Source: an uncultured Planctomycetota bacterium (GTDB lineage Bacteria; Planctomycetota; Planctomycetia; Isosphaerales; Isosphaeraceae). From it: a stretch of 64,000 nt of DNA. The position numbers were made by a program, and so were the translations under genes. This document shows, one piece after another, positions 1 to 10,176 of this stretch (positions within the stretch are counted from its first letter, which is position 1; every line of letters starts with the position of its first letter). Location: the NCBI GenBank assembly GCA_963823665.1, contig CAWGMQ010000006.1, forward strand, positions 992,001 through 1,056,000. Direction: 5' to 3'. The notes below the pieces were generated by a model that saw only the letters and a program-made list of their open reading frames with translations, did not search any database and was not told the DNA's origin.

Positions 1-2
1 CG

Positions 3-1073
3 GCCTCGACCACGATGACGATTCGGACCACCTCGTTCCTTCGCAATCAGGCGATCGCGGCCGCCGGCGGTGACGGCACGACCACCATGAGTGGCGCCTT
101 CGGCGGTGCGATGGGAACCTCGGGAACGGGCGTGGTTGTGAATGTGAGCACCAGCAATTTCGTCGGCAACCAGGCGATCGCCGCGATGCCAAGCGCGACT
201 TCCACCGGCAACGTCCTGGCCGGAATCGCCGTCGGCGGCGCGATTGAAAATGACACGGGCGCTATATTCAACGTGCGCAGCAGCGCCATCACGGGGAATC
301 GCGCCGTGGGCGGCTCGAGCGGTGCAAATGCATCCGGTGGCGCAGCGTTCGGCGGCGGCATCGGCGATTTCATGAGCACCGCGATCCTGAACGTGACAAA
401 TTCGACCGTGGCGGGCAACTCGGCCTCGGGCGGCGGCGGTATGTTTGGTGTCGGCTCAGGCGCGGGAATCGCGGTCTTCCAGAACGGCCGTGCCACGATC
501 AGCGGCGTGGTGTTATCCGGCAATCGCGCTTCCGGCGCCGCGAGCGCCGACGGCAGCGCCGGCAGCACCGGCGCCGGCGGTGCCTTGCTCGTCGGCCTCG
601 ACTTCGGCTCGGGCACACCGGGCTTCACCTTCCCCGACGGCTCGTCGGTCACCGTCTCGCGCAGCTCGATCACGGGCAACGGCGCCTCGGGCGGCTCCGG
701 CTCCACGGCCGGCGATGCAGATGGCGGCGGCATCGATCTGGCGTCAGGCACCCTTTCGGTGCAATCGACCGTCCTGGCCGGCAACAGCGCACGCGGCGGC
801 ACCGGCTCTTCAGGCGGTCAATCGGGCAACGGCTCGGGAGGTGGCGCCTTCGCCGACAACGGCACGACACTCCAATTCACTCGCTCGACAATCGTCGGCA
901 ATTTCGCCGCCGGCGGCCCGGTCTTCATGGGCGCACTCGCCGGCACAGGAATCGGCGGCGGTCTCTACATCGAACCAGCCGCATCGGTCACGCTAGACAC
1001 AGCGACCCTGGTCATCGGCAACTCCGCAACAACATCGTCCAGTCAAATCTTCGGCCCCTACACGCGAACCTGA
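3..1073 (+). CDS. C-terminal part of a Gly-rich secreted beta-helix-like protein (5' partial)
   Basis: Frame is open from position 3; repeated 'GN.A.GG..G....GGGI' units; ends TLVIGNSATTSSSQIFGPYTRT. Confidence 0.75.
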   Translation, partial: ASTTMTIRTTSFLRNQAIAAAGGDGTTTMSGAFGGAMGTSGTGVVVNVSTSNFVGNQAIAAMPSATSTGNVLAGIAVGGAIENDTGAIFNVRSSAITGNRAVGGSSGANASGGAAFGGGIGDFMSTAILNVTNSTVAGNSASGGGGMFGVGSGAGIAVFQNGRATISGVVLSGNRASGAASADGSAGSTGAGGALLVGLDFGSGTPGFTFPDGSSVTVSRSSITGNGASGGSGSTAGDADGGGIDLASGTLSVQSTVLAGNSARGGTGSSGGQSGNGSGGGAFADNGTTLQFTRSTIVGNFAAGGPVFMGALAGTGIGGGLYIEPAASVTLDTATLVIGNSATTSSSQIFGPYTRT

Positions 1074-1081
1074 CCCCTGTC

Positions 1082-1107
1082 GTAGGGTCCGCCGTTGCGG
1101 ACCATCC
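1082..1107 (+). repeat. REP-like palindrome, copy 1 (GTAG-GGTCCGC-cgtt-GCGGACC-atcc)
   Basis: GTAG tetranucleotide followed by a perfect 7-bp hairpin just after a stop codon; near-identical copy at 3570-3595. Confidence 0.7.
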
Positions 1108-1200
1108 TAGCGGCCGGCACCCCGGTGAGCATCTCCTCCAGTCAGATCATCGGGTCTTACCAGCGGAGTTGAATCGACTAGGCCGAGTCTGGAATCTCGG

Positions 1201-1206
1201 TATAAT
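1201..1206 (+). promoter_or_regulatory. Putative sigma70 -10 box for the toxin-antitoxin operon
   Basis: Perfect TATAAT about 45 bp upstream of the toxin start in high-GC DNA; no clear -35. Confidence 0.4.
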
Positions 1207-1251
1207 GCACATGAATCAACGACGTCGCCACACTCGAAGGCTCTGGATTTT

Positions 1252-1560
1252 GTGCCTGCGAAGTTCACGATCGGATTCAGCGAGTCGGTTGTTCAAGATT
1301 TTGCCGAACTGCGTGCGTTCGATCGAACGAGTATACTGGACGAAATCGACAAGCAGCTTACGTATGAACCAGCGAAACAGACTCGTAACAAGAAGATTCT
1401 CGTCGGGCTGGTTCCTCCGTGGGAGCACGCTGGACCTGTCTGGGAGCTCCGAGTCGGGGAATTTAGAGTCTTTTACGAAGTAGCTGACGACGCACCGCAA
1501 GTGTCCGTGCGAGCGATCCGGTGCAAGCCGCCCCATAAAACGATCGAGGAAATCCTGTGA
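1252..1560 (+). CDS. Type II toxin, RelE/ParE family
   Basis: 102 aa with 'WELRVGEFRVFYEV' signature; GTGA overlap with the next gene. Confidence 0.85.
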   Translation: MPAKFTIGFSESVVQDFAELRAFDRTSILDEIDKQLTYEPAKQTRNKKILVGLVPPWEHAGPVWELRVGEFRVFYEVADDAPQVSVRAIRCKPPHKTIEEIL

Positions 1561-1799
1561 AAACCGTCCCAGTGGAATCTACAACGCTCGACATGTGCGT
1601 CGCCGAGGCGCAGCACCAGGGCGTGATTCTCACGCGGGATGGCCAGCCTGTCGCACTGGTCGTTCCTATCGACGGAATGGATGAGGAGCAGATTCGCCTC
1701 TGCAGCAGCCCGGAGTTTTGGAAGCTGATGGAAGACCGTCGGCGTGAAAGCACGATCAGTCGGGCCGAACTCGAGCGGCGCCTCTGCCACGCTCCGTGA
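1557..1799 (+). CDS. Antitoxin, Phd/YefM-like
   Basis: 80 aa with 'EAQHQGVILTRDGQPVALVVPI' Phd-like motif; acidic middle segment; coupled to the toxin gene. Confidence 0.75.
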   Translation: MKTVPVESTTLDMCVAEAQHQGVILTRDGQPVALVVPIDGMDEEQIRLCSSPEFWKLMEDRRRESTISRAELERRLCHAP

Positions 1800-1898
1800 C
1801 GTGCGGGTCGCCGGTGCGGCAGAAGAATGAGCAAGCAAGTCGGGCGATGGCACCGACGGGCGGGAGTTTTCAATCTTGCGATCGAGCTACGACGCCGA

Positions 1899-2219
1899 TC
1901 ATCGCTCCTCCGCCCGCGTCGCCCCGCGATTCCCCGAGTAAAACCCGAACCGCCCCTTGATGCTCTCGTGCCCGGTCTTGACCTCCGGATACACCCACGC
2001 CACGTCCTTGACAACGCGTCCGTCCGGACCGGCAAAATCCACCCAGTTGCAAGTGCCTTTCATCGGGCACGTATAAGTGCGCTCGGTGATCCGCAATACC
2101 GCGGACTTGACCGCCGCCGGATCAAAATACCAGTTCCCTTCATACTTGACCAGTTCGGGCCCGACCTCCGCCTCAGCGAGCGTTGCTCCCGAGCCGGTCT
2201 CTGAAATGGTGATCCCCAT
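1899..2219 (-). CDS. DUF427 domain protein
   Basis: Motifs 'EGNWYF', 'TCPMKG', 'AWVYP'; GGAGAG RBS upstream of ATG 2219. Confidence 0.8.
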   Translation of the reverse strand: MGITISETGSGATLAEAEVGPELVKYEGNWYFDPAAVKSAVLRITERTYTCPMKGTCNWVDFAGPDGRVVKDVAWVYPEVKTGHESIKGRFGFYSGNRGATRAEER

Positions 2220-2243
2220 GGCAATTCTCTCCACTTGTCATGA

Positions 2244-3432
2244 TCAAGGCGCTTTGGAGCCCTCGGTGTTAGCCTCTTTGAGCACGTCGTCGATCGCGCG
2301 ATCGAGCGCTGCATCGTGAACGTCCTTCGCGCGAATGATCCCAGCTTGGTCGAGGACAAGCACGAGTGGGATCGCCTGGATCCCGTAGCGGCCCTTGATC
2401 CGATCATCGTGTCCCGCGCCAGTTCCGCCACTTGATATGGTGCTCGGCGATCGCGTCCCTCATCAACTTCTCATTATGGTCGATGTTGACACCGAGTAGG
2501 ACAAACGGCTTGCCGCGCAGCCGCTCCAGGATCGCCAGTTCGTGTTTGGCCTGCTCGAGGCATGGCGGGCACCAGGAAGCCCAGAACACCAGGAGCACCA
2601 CCTTGCCGCGATAATCGCTCAGCTTGAACAGCTTGCCATCCGTGTCCTCACCGTCGATCTCCGGCGCAGGCTTCCCCGGCGCTAACACGCGCAAGCGGTC
2701 CAGCCGCCTCTGCGCGAACTCGCCGATCGTTTGGCTCGCGCGCGGGGAGAGTTTGACATCGCCAAATTCGCTGAGCGCCTGAGCATACAGGGATTCACTC
2801 TCCCCCAGGAGCGCGATCGAATCGGCGGTCAAGATCCGGTCGAGATGATCCTTCTTGTAATAGAGCTCGAGGAGTTGCGCTTTTTCCGGGCTTTCGTTCC
2901 GATGCATGAGGATCGCAGCATACCCTTCGAGCAGGTTGGCGAGGACCAGTAAAGCTGGCCCTCTCGCCCTGCGGTCCGTGTTCTTCGCGATGACTTCGCG
3001 GAGCAGATTCTCCGCATTCGGCGCCATGGACGAGCCGATCGGGAACATGACCTCAGCCATCCGCGGGCTAGTTGTCCAATCGCGGCGGAGCTGATCGACC
3101 GCCGCATTGGCAGACTCACCGCGGCCGGAAAGGATCGTTCGATGGAGCGCGTCGAAAGCGGTCGGGCTCTTTGGATCTTCCTGCGCCAGTGCAAGAAACC
3201 GCTGCGCATAAACCACGGGGTCCGGCCGCAGCGCTTTGGCGGCCTTTTCAAGCTCCTCCCTGTTCTTCGCGCTGATTCTCGCCCGGTGCCATTCCGCGAA
3301 CTTCGAGTCGTATTCCTTCGCAAGCTCGTTGAGCCTTGCTTCGATCGATTTGGAAGCACCGGCCGTCGACTGCTCGATCGGCGGACCATCGGGCAGTACC
3401 AGTAGCGCCACGACCCAGGCGACCAAGATCAT
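2244..3432 (-). CDS. Exported TlpA-family thiol-disulfide oxidoreductase (frameshift near 2415)
   Basis: Signal-like MILVAWVVALLV after GGGGAG RBS; 'PAPEIDGEDTDGK..KLSDYRGKVVLLVFWASWCPPC'; C-terminus 'YGIQAIPLVLVLDQAGIIRAK...EGSKAP*' continues in another frame. Confidence 0.85.
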
Positions 3433-3569
3433 CGGATTCTCCCCGGCCGGAAGTCTTTTGCAATGCGGACGCCATCGGCGAACATCGCTTCCGTTTATAC
3501 AAGCTCTAGAGCACCAGGCCAAGGTGCTGGTCCGCACATAGATCGGCACTTCGGGGCATCGCAGTCTTC

Positions 3570-3595
3570 GCAGGGTCCGCCGTTGCGGACCATCC
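3570..3595 (+). repeat. REP-like palindrome, copy 2 (GCAG-GGTCCGC-cgtt-GCGGACC-atcc)
   Basis: 25 of 26 nt identical to 1082-1107; intergenic. Confidence 0.7.
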
Positions 3596-3655
3596 CGACC
3601 AGTCTTTGTAGTCCCTCTATGGTGATTCAAGACGCCCCAAGCTGCGAGTTTCTCG

Positions 3656-4372
3656 TTAAGAGACCTCCGCGCGCGCGTCAATCCTGAGCGGGCAGAATCC
3701 AATCGCGTCAGCAGCGACGCAGTAATAGCGCACGCCGCGGCGCAGTCCGTGAACCGCCGCCGACCACTCCCTCTGGCTGTGAAGGTGCCCATAAACGCAG
3801 GCTGTAGCCTTCGCCTCCTCCAGCATTTCCACGCACGGCCCCGGAACGCCGTGCGCATCGAACGGAGGGTAATGCCAAAGAACGTAAAGCGGCGTCTCGG
3901 GGAGAACTCGCAGCCGACGCGCGGCTTCGAGGGCCCGCTGCAACGATTCGAGGCCCAGCTCAAGACCCTTCGACCCCGCTCCCGGCTCGCGTTCGTTCGC
4001 CGCTGGCGCACCGGCCGCCCCGCAAACGACCACTCGCTGGACCGATAGCGCATCGCCATCAACGGCCCGCAACGAATCGCGGAGCATCGGCCGTATGTGC
4101 TCGACCCCGTTCCACCACTGGTCGTGGTTCCCCGGTGAAAGCACCTTGGTTCCCGGCAGCCGATCCAGCCAGACCAGATCGTCTTGGAGGTCGCGGTGGT
4201 TCCGCGCCATCGATATGTCGCCCGGAACGAGCACCAGGTCGCCCGCCCCCACCCGCGCACGCCAGTGCTCCTCGATCCGCGCGGCGTGATCGCGCCATCG
4301 GGCCGCAAACCGCTCGCGCCGATCCGGCCGCGCGAAGGAAAGATGAAGGTCCGAGATTGCCCAAACATTCAT
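3656..4372 (-). CDS. Calcineurin-like metallophosphoesterase
   Basis: Motifs SDLH, GDIS, GNHD, HYPP, YGHLH. Confidence 0.9.
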   Translation of the reverse strand: MNVWAISDLHLSFARPDRRERFAARWRDHAARIEEHWRARVGAGDLVLVPGDISMARNHRDLQDDLVWLDRLPGTKVLSPGNHDQWWNGVEHIRPMLRDSLRAVDGDALSVQRVVVCGAAGAPAANEREPGAGSKGLELGLESLQRALEAARRLRVLPETPLYVLWHYPPFDAHGVPGPCVEMLEEAKATACVYGHLHSQREWSAAVHGLRRGVRYYCVAADAIGFCPLRIDARAEVS

Positions 4373-4428
4373 CGCAATCTGCCAGTTCCCTGGGCCATTC
4401 ATCCCGTCCGCGCCAGGCGTCCCGGACT

Positions 4429-5097
4429 TTACTGAGGATGGTAAAGCCCCGCCGCCGCGCCCACGAACGGGTTCGATCGTTTTTCGACGCCGATCGTCGT
4501 GGGCGGCCCATGCCCGGGGTAGATCACCGTCGAGTCGGGCAGCGTGAAGAGCTTGGCGTGGATGCCTCGTGCCAGTAGCCCGAAGTCGCCTCCCAGATCG
4601 GTGCGGCCGACCGAGCCCGAGAACAGGACGTCGCCGCCGATCACGAAATGCGGGTCGAATTCGTCACAGAGGAACACGACCGATCCCGGGCTGTGCCCCG
4701 GTATCTCGCGAACCTCAAACTCGAATCCCGCCACTGTGAATCGCTCGCCGTCGGCCAGCACACGGTCCGGCTCGGGGCTCACCAGCGGCTGCCCGAACGG
4801 AGCACTCATGTTGGCTTCGGGGTCCAAGAGCAGGAACGCCTCGTTCTTGCCGATGCACAACGGCGCCTCCGGAAACGCCTCCTTCATGGTGCGGTTGCCC
4901 GCGATGTGGTCGGCGTGCCCGTGTGTGTTCAAGATCGCCGCAAGCCCCAGCCCTTGCCGCGAGAGCCATTGCCGCAGCGACCAGGTGTCGAAGCCGGGAT
5001 CGAACACAATCGCTTCAGCCTGACCGGGCCGCCACAGCAGGTAAGCGTTCTGCGCGAACGGTGCGGATTCAATTGTTTCGATCGTGAATTCCGACAA
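4429..5097 (-). CDS. MBL-fold metallo-hydrolase (glyoxalase II-like)
   Basis: THGHADH, PGHSPG, GDVLF, PGHG motifs; TTG start at 5097 inferred from an upstream GGAG. Confidence 0.9.
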   Translation of the reverse strand: MSEFTIETIESAPFAQNAYLLWRPGQAEAIVFDPGFDTWSLRQWLSRQGLGLAAILNTHGHADHIAGNRTMKEAFPEAPLCIGKNEAFLLLDPEANMSAPFGQPLVSPEPDRVLADGERFTVAGFEFEVREIPGHSPGSVVFLCDEFDPHFVIGGDVLFSGSVGRTDLGGDFGLLARGIHAKLFTLPDSTVIYPGHGPPTTIGVEKRSNPFVGAAAGLYHPQ

Positions 5098-5396
5098 AGT
5101 CGCTGCACTCCGGAGTTCGCGTCCAGCCTTCCCGATCGTCACCGCCCCGCATGAGAATTCTGGCAAACTTGCGAACAGACTTGAATTCCTGACAACGCCC
5201 GATGGCGAGCACCGCGCTTCGCTCGTCTGGTTATAACAACTCGGCAACCACTGACGCCAGGTTTTCGAAAGTTCCGCGTCCAATTGCGACCGGCTTGTGA
5301 ATTGCGTGGTATACTGATTTCGCTTGATATGCGCTCGATCGTGGCAAGCAGGTGGGGGCGGCTAGTTCTTGCCTGCGCACCGGAAGCGAGAGGTCC

Positions 5397-6395
5397 ATGC
5401 CAGCGCGACCGACGGGAATGAGTCCTGCAAAAAACGATCCGGTCACGGTATGGCACGGGCTCGCCTCGCTGTGCCTGGCGACCGCTCTCACAGCCGCAAG
5501 CGGCGCCGGAGAAGATCGCACCGCCAGCTCATCCACCACCGAAAAATCCGCGCCCGCCTCCAAACCGGCCGGCGCATCGGAAAAGACCGCCGGCGAGAAA
5601 TCCCCGGCCGCCAAGGCCGCTCCCCCCTCGAACCGCCTGGCCGCCGTTGATAGCGAGATCACAAGCCGGGCCGCCAGAAAGCCCGAGAAACCGCCGGCCC
5701 ACGAAACTCCGATCGAGCGTGCCAACCGCCTCGTCGCCGAGTGCCAGGACCGCTACCAGTCCGTGCCCGACTACACCTGCACGTTTCTCAAGCGCGAACG
5801 GATCGCCGGAAAGCTGAGTCCCGCGCACATCATGGCCATGAAGGTGCGCACCAAGCCCCAGAGCATTTACTTGAAATTCCAGCAGCCCGCCCGCGGCCGC
5901 GAGGCAATCTACATCGCCGGCCGTCACGGTGGTAAGGTCCTCGCCCACGACGTCGGGTTCAACAAGCTGCTCGCCGGAACGCTCGCACTCGAGCCCACCT
6001 CCTCGCGGGCCATGACCGAATGCCGGCACCCCATTACCGAAGCCGGCATCGGCCCCCTGCTCGACACCATCTCCAAGCGCTGGGCGCTCGAGCTCAACCC
6101 CAGCGAAACCGTCGTCAACTTCGCGAACATGCTCGTCGGTGAGCAGCACTGCCTCATGATCGAGTCCACCCACCCAGAAAAGCGCCCAGACTTCATGTTC
6201 TATAGGGTGCGTCTGTACATCGACAAGGAACTCGGCTTGCCCATTCGCTTCGAAGCCTACGACTGGCCCAAGCGCCGAGGCACCGAGCCCGATCTCGCCG
6301 AGGAATACACCTACAGCGACTTGAAGCTCAACGTCGGTCTCTCCGATCTCGACTTCGACGTCGCCAACGCCGCCTATTCGTTCGGCCGCTTCTGA
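5397..6395 (+). CDS. DUF1571 domain protein, exported
   Basis: 'DYTCTFLKRERIAG', 'MKVRTKPQSIYLKF..PARGREAIY', 'RHPITEAGIG', 'EEYTYSDLKLNVGLSDLDFD'; signal-like N-terminus and low-complexity linker. Confidence 0.8.
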   Translation: MPARPTGMSPAKNDPVTVWHGLASLCLATALTAASGAGEDRTASSSTTEKSAPASKPAGASEKTAGEKSPAAKAAPPSNRLAAVDSEITSRAARKPEKPPAHETPIERANRLVAECQDRYQSVPDYTCTFLKRERIAGKLSPAHIMAMKVRTKPQSIYLKFQQPARGREAIYIAGRHGGKVLAHDVGFNKLLAGTLALEPTSSRAMTECRHPITEAGIGPLLDTISKRWALELNPSETVVNFANMLVGEQHCLMIESTHPEKRPDFMFYRVRLYIDKELGLPIRFEAYDWPKRRGTEPDLAEEYTYSDLKLNVGLSDLDFDVANAAYSFGRF

Positions 6396-6401
6396 ATTCC
6401 G

Positions 6402-6425
6402 TGCTGAGTTTAAAAAAGCTCAGCA
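6402..6425. terminator. Stem-loop after the DUF1571 gene (possible terminator)
   Basis: TGCTGAGTTT...AAGCTCAGCA inverted repeat 6 bp after the stop; no clear U-tract. Confidence 0.4.
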
Positions 6426-6872
6426 GGTCCAAAAGCTGCCGCCCACGCGAGTTGTGATGGTTTGGGCGGTCTGGCCGGGTCGTTTTCGCTCGTTTCGTCC
6501 TGCCCAATCCTCACGAACACTTGTGAAGAAGTCCGATATTACGGTAGCCAAGCGACTCACGTGGAGAATGTGAAGCGCCTGATCACGGAGAGAGACAGGG
6601 TGAGAACCAGGTACGTCGAGGCACGTGCCGCCCGGACGTTGCGCCGATCCGCCAACGGATCTTGGCAGGGAAGCGGTAACTCGCTAGAATCCCGCCGCCT
6701 CGATGCCCGAGAGCACGATCGCAATGCTCAAAACCTTCTCACGTCTCGTCCCGGAGCTAGCTTCTCCACGACGCCGCCTCCGCCGAACTTATTGGCTTAA
6801 TATTGCATAGTGGCCGTTCCAAGGCGGGAAACGGTCGTGGTTCGTTTGTTCTGTTCCATGGAAGGAGGCGCG

Positions 6873-7403
6873 ATGAGTCCGGTTCCAACCTCCCCGGCAC
6901 AGACCCGTGTGCATATTCGATGGATGATCCGGCGCGATATGCCCGAGGTCCTCGCCATCGAACACGCGAGTTTCGAGTATCCCTGGTGTGAGGAGGAGTT
7001 CCTTCGCGTCTTGAGGCAGCGAAATTGCATCGGAATGGTGGCCGAGCACAACGAGCGCATCGTCGGATTCATGATCTACGAGCTGCACCGCAACAAGATT
7101 CACGTCCTCGATTTCGCCACCCATGGCGATCTTCGGCGCCGCGGCGTCGGCCGCCAGATGATCGCCAAGCTCGTCGGCAAGCTCTCCAGCCAGCGCCGCA
7201 ACCGCATCTCGCTCTATGTGCGAGAGACCAACCTGTTTTCACAGCTTTTCTACCGTGTCATGGGATTCCGCGCGATGGAAGTCGTCCGCGAGCATTATCC
7301 CGATAGCGGCGAAGACGCCTACCTGATGCAGTACCACCTCGATGAATCGATGATCGAGGAAGACCGTCCCGCCAACCGGATTGCCAAGCAGCTTGGCGGT
7401 TGA
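6873..7403 (+). CDS. rimI: Ribosomal-protein-alanine N-acetyltransferase-like GNAT
   Basis: 'DMPEVLAIE..SF.YPW', 'RRRGVGRQM', 'VRETN..SQLFY..GF', 'EDAYLM'; GGAGG RBS. Confidence 0.85.
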   Translation: MSPVPTSPAQTRVHIRWMIRRDMPEVLAIEHASFEYPWCEEEFLRVLRQRNCIGMVAEHNERIVGFMIYELHRNKIHVLDFATHGDLRRRGVGRQMIAKLVGKLSSQRRNRISLYVRETNLFSQLFYRVMGFRAMEVVREHYPDSGEDAYLMQYHLDESMIEEDRPANRIAKQLGG

Positions 7404-7429
7404 CCGCCCCCTTCACCCGGAAGTCTCAC

Positions 7430-7480
7430 GACCGCGGCGAGGCGCCCTTCAGGCTGCCTCGCCGCGGTCTTTTCGTTTTT
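7430..7480 (+). terminator. Rho-independent terminator
   Basis: 14-bp stem GACCGCGGCGAGGC / GCCTCGCCGCGGTC followed by TTTTCGTTTTT. Confidence 0.85.
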
Positions 7481-7520
7481 CGAATTGGTGCCGGGCTTCT
7501 CCGGAAGCGATAATTCACTC

Positions 7521-8533
7521 ATGAACAACCTCGAGCCAGAGCCTCCTGGGCAGGCACACCCCGCCCCGCAGTCCGGCCGCCCCGATCCTGCAAAGGGCCC
7601 AAACGCCCTTGCCGCACTCGGTCTTTCCATCGGATTGGGGCTCCTGGCGCTTGGCTCCTTGGCCGCGGTCGTGGCTTGCCTCGAGCCCGTTTTCCTCGCG
7701 CCGCGACAGACCCATGCGCAAGAGTTCCCTCAGGCGCTTCGAGCCGTCTGGCTCGTGCTGGCGTTCGCGTTCGCGGCGTGGGCCTGCGCTGCTCGTTGCT
7801 GCGACTCTGGGCCAGCCTGCTGCAACAGCGACTCGAGCATGACGTTCAACAATTCCAGGAGCTCGAGGCCCTCCTCAACCGGGCCGTCCGATTGCTCGAG
7901 CGTATCGCCGAGGGGATCGACCGCCGCGGCGAAACCTCCGGCTTTGAGCCCCCTGCAGTCCTCGAGCGTGCGCACGCGGTCCTCGAGATCGAGACGGCCC
8001 TCCGTAAGCAGGAGTGGGCCCAGGCTGAATCGCTCCTCGACGAATTCGAGACAGCTTACCCGGGTGACCACAAGCTCACTGCACTGCGCGATTCCCTCCG
8101 CTCGGCTCGCCGGAGCGCTCTGGGCGAGCGAATCGCCGAGCTCGCCGCGGCCCGCGATGTGAACGATCCGGCGCGTGTTCTTGACCTCTACCGCACCGTC
8201 GCCCCTGAGCTCGAACCCGAACACCGCGGAACACTTCAGTCCGAGGTGGCCCGCTGGTTTCTTACACTCATCTACCGTCGCCTGCGAACCGGCAAGATCC
8301 AGGTCGATGTTGTGGAGCTCGCCGGCGAGTTCGTCCATTCCTTCGCAGCCACCACCGAAGGCGCCAGCGTCGCCGCGGCACTCCCCACCCTGAGGCGAAG
8401 CGCAGGTTTGTGTCCTCGCTGTGCGCAGCCGTACACTGGTGTCGACCAGGCGTGCCCGGAATGTCTGCGGCCCAGAGGCAAGGCGGCCGTGCCGCCCGGG
8501 CCGTCCCCAAGCGACAATCAACCGGAATCATGA
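7521..8533 (+). CDS. Hypothetical membrane protein: 2 TM segments, helical region, C-terminal CxxC...CxxC (frameshift near 7781)
   Basis: Adding one G at the TGGG run joins the hydrophobic N-terminal ORF to the ORF ending 'CPRCAQPYTGVDQACPEC'. Confidence 0.65.
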
Positions 8534-8733
8534 GCGGAAGGTCTACAAATCTCCAGAAGGATGGTACGATTAAGTGCAAAGCGCCGAAGTTGCCCCGAGG
8601 ATCTTGTTTCCCGCAGCTTGACTCGCACCGGGCAGTCGGCTAAGCAGGAATGATCGGCACATCCGGAAAGCATGATGATGATTCGCGGCTTCGCACCGGC
8701 TCCCTGGAACCGGGATCTCGAAAGGACCACTCC

Positions 8734-10176
8734 ATGTTTCGGCGACTGGTGTCAGCTTCGGTGATGGTTGGCACGATTCTGGTCGGGAGTTCGGCTCTCG
8801 CGCAGCGCCCTTTCCCGGTGAACATCATTCCCAAGCGCACATCCCTCGACCGGCTGGGCCTTGAGCGCCAGTGGTTCGGCGTGGTTCCCCTGGTCGAGAC
8901 CGAGCGGTTGCTCAATATCAGCATCGCCGGCAAGGTGAACCCGGACGACCGGTCCCTGCTCTTCGCGCAAACCAGCTATGCGATGGTACACGCGTTCGAC
9001 GCCGAGACGGGTCAGCTCCTGTGGTCGGCGCAGCTCGGTGAGCGTACGGGCTTCGCCCGCGGGGTGGCGGCCAACAGCTTCGAGGTCTTCGTAACCAACG
9101 CCGACACCTTGTTCGCTCTCGACAAGAAGACCGGCCGCCAGATCTGGCGGCACGGCATGGGTACGATTCCAACCACCTCACCAGCCTGCAACGAAGAGCT
9201 GGCGATGGTGGGGCTCACAACCGGCAAGATCTATGCGTTCGCTCTCAAGAACAGGGATGAGAAAGGCAACGTTACCATCCTGACCGCGCCTCGCGAAGCA
9301 TGGAATTGGCAAGCCGGCGGCCAGATGCTCACACGGCCGCTGCCCGCCGATACCGTCTCGGTATTCGGATCGTCGGACGGCAAGGCTTACGTCGTCATGT
9401 CCGACGAGCGCACCAACCTCTTCCGATTCGGCACCGGCGGGCCCATCGGCGCAGGCTTCGGCACTTATGGTGATCGAATGCTCCTGGTCCCTTCCGGCGA
9501 CAACAATCTCTACGCCGTCGACTTGTTCACAACGCTCGGCCTGTGGACCTTTCCATCCGGCTCACCCATCGAGCAGGAACCGCTCGTCTCCGATAAGGAC
9601 ATCTACATCGCCAACACCGCCGGCTACCTGAGCTCGCTCGACCCCGGCACCGGCGAGCCCCGTTGGACCAGGTCCACGCAGGGCGGCGCGATCGTTTCGA
9701 TCACCAACACCAGGCTCTACCTTCGCTCGTATAACCTCGACCTCTTCATCATTGATCGCAAGACCGGCCGCGTGCTCGTCGATCCCGGCGAGACGTTGCT
9801 CCGTGCCGGTCTCGATTTGCGTGAGTTCGACCTGAATATCATCAACCGCTTCAACGACCGCCTCTACTTCGCCACGCCCTCGGGGTTGATCGTCTGCATT
9901 CGCGAATCCGGCCAGTTGACTCCCCGTCCGCTCGTCGACCCCAAGGCCAAACCGTTCGGCTACGTGCCGCCGGAGGGAATCAAGCCACCCGCGCCGCCGG
10001 CTGCCACGGACGAAGCCAAACCCGAAGCCGGCGCCGAGCCCGGTGCCGACGCCGAGAAGAAGGATGCCGCCGACGCCGAGAAGAAGGATGCCGCCGACGC
10101 CGACAAGGACAAGCCCGACGCGGCAGACAAGGAAACGAAGAAAGAACCGGAGGCCGATAAGGACGAGCCGAAATGA
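8734..10176 (+). CDS. PQQ-like beta-propeller protein (BamB-like), exported
   Basis: Signal peptide ending 'SSALAQ'; repeated 'AFDAETGQLLW', 'ALDKKTGRQIW', 'SLDPGTGEPRW'; charged low-complexity tail. Confidence 0.8.
   Translation: MFRRLVSASVMVGTILVGSSALAQRPFPVNIIPKRTSLDRLGLERQWFGVVPLVETERLLNISIAGKVNPDDRSLLFAQTSYAMVHAFDAETGQLLWSAQLGERTGFARGVAANSFEVFVTNADTLFALDKKTGRQIWRHGMGTIPTTSPACNEELAMVGLTTGKIYAFALKNRDEKGNVTILTAPREAWNWQAGGQMLTRPLPADTVSVFGSSDGKAYVVMSDERTNLFRFGTGGPIGAGFGTYGDRMLLVPSGDNNLYAVDLFTTLGLWTFPSGSPIEQEPLVSDKDIYIANTAGYLSSLDPGTGEPRWTRSTQGGAIVSITNTRLYLRSYNLDLFIIDRKTGRVLVDPGETLLRAGLDLREFDLNIINRFNDRLYFATPSGLIVCIRESGQLTPRPLVDPKAKPFGYVPPEGIKPPAPPAATDEAKPEAGAEPGADAEKKDAADAEKKDAADADKDKPDAADKETKKEPEADKDEPK
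10045..10103 (+). repeat. 24-bp coding tandem repeat (ADAEKKDA), about 2.5 copies
   Basis: GCCGACGCCGAGAAGAAGGATGCC repeated. Confidence 0.8.

Noticed and set aside
3433..4368. N-terminal extension of the 654-aa ORF 2404-4368
   Set aside because: It overlaps the metallophosphoesterase in another frame and crosses a REP element; the TlpA start at 3432 has an RBS and signal peptide.
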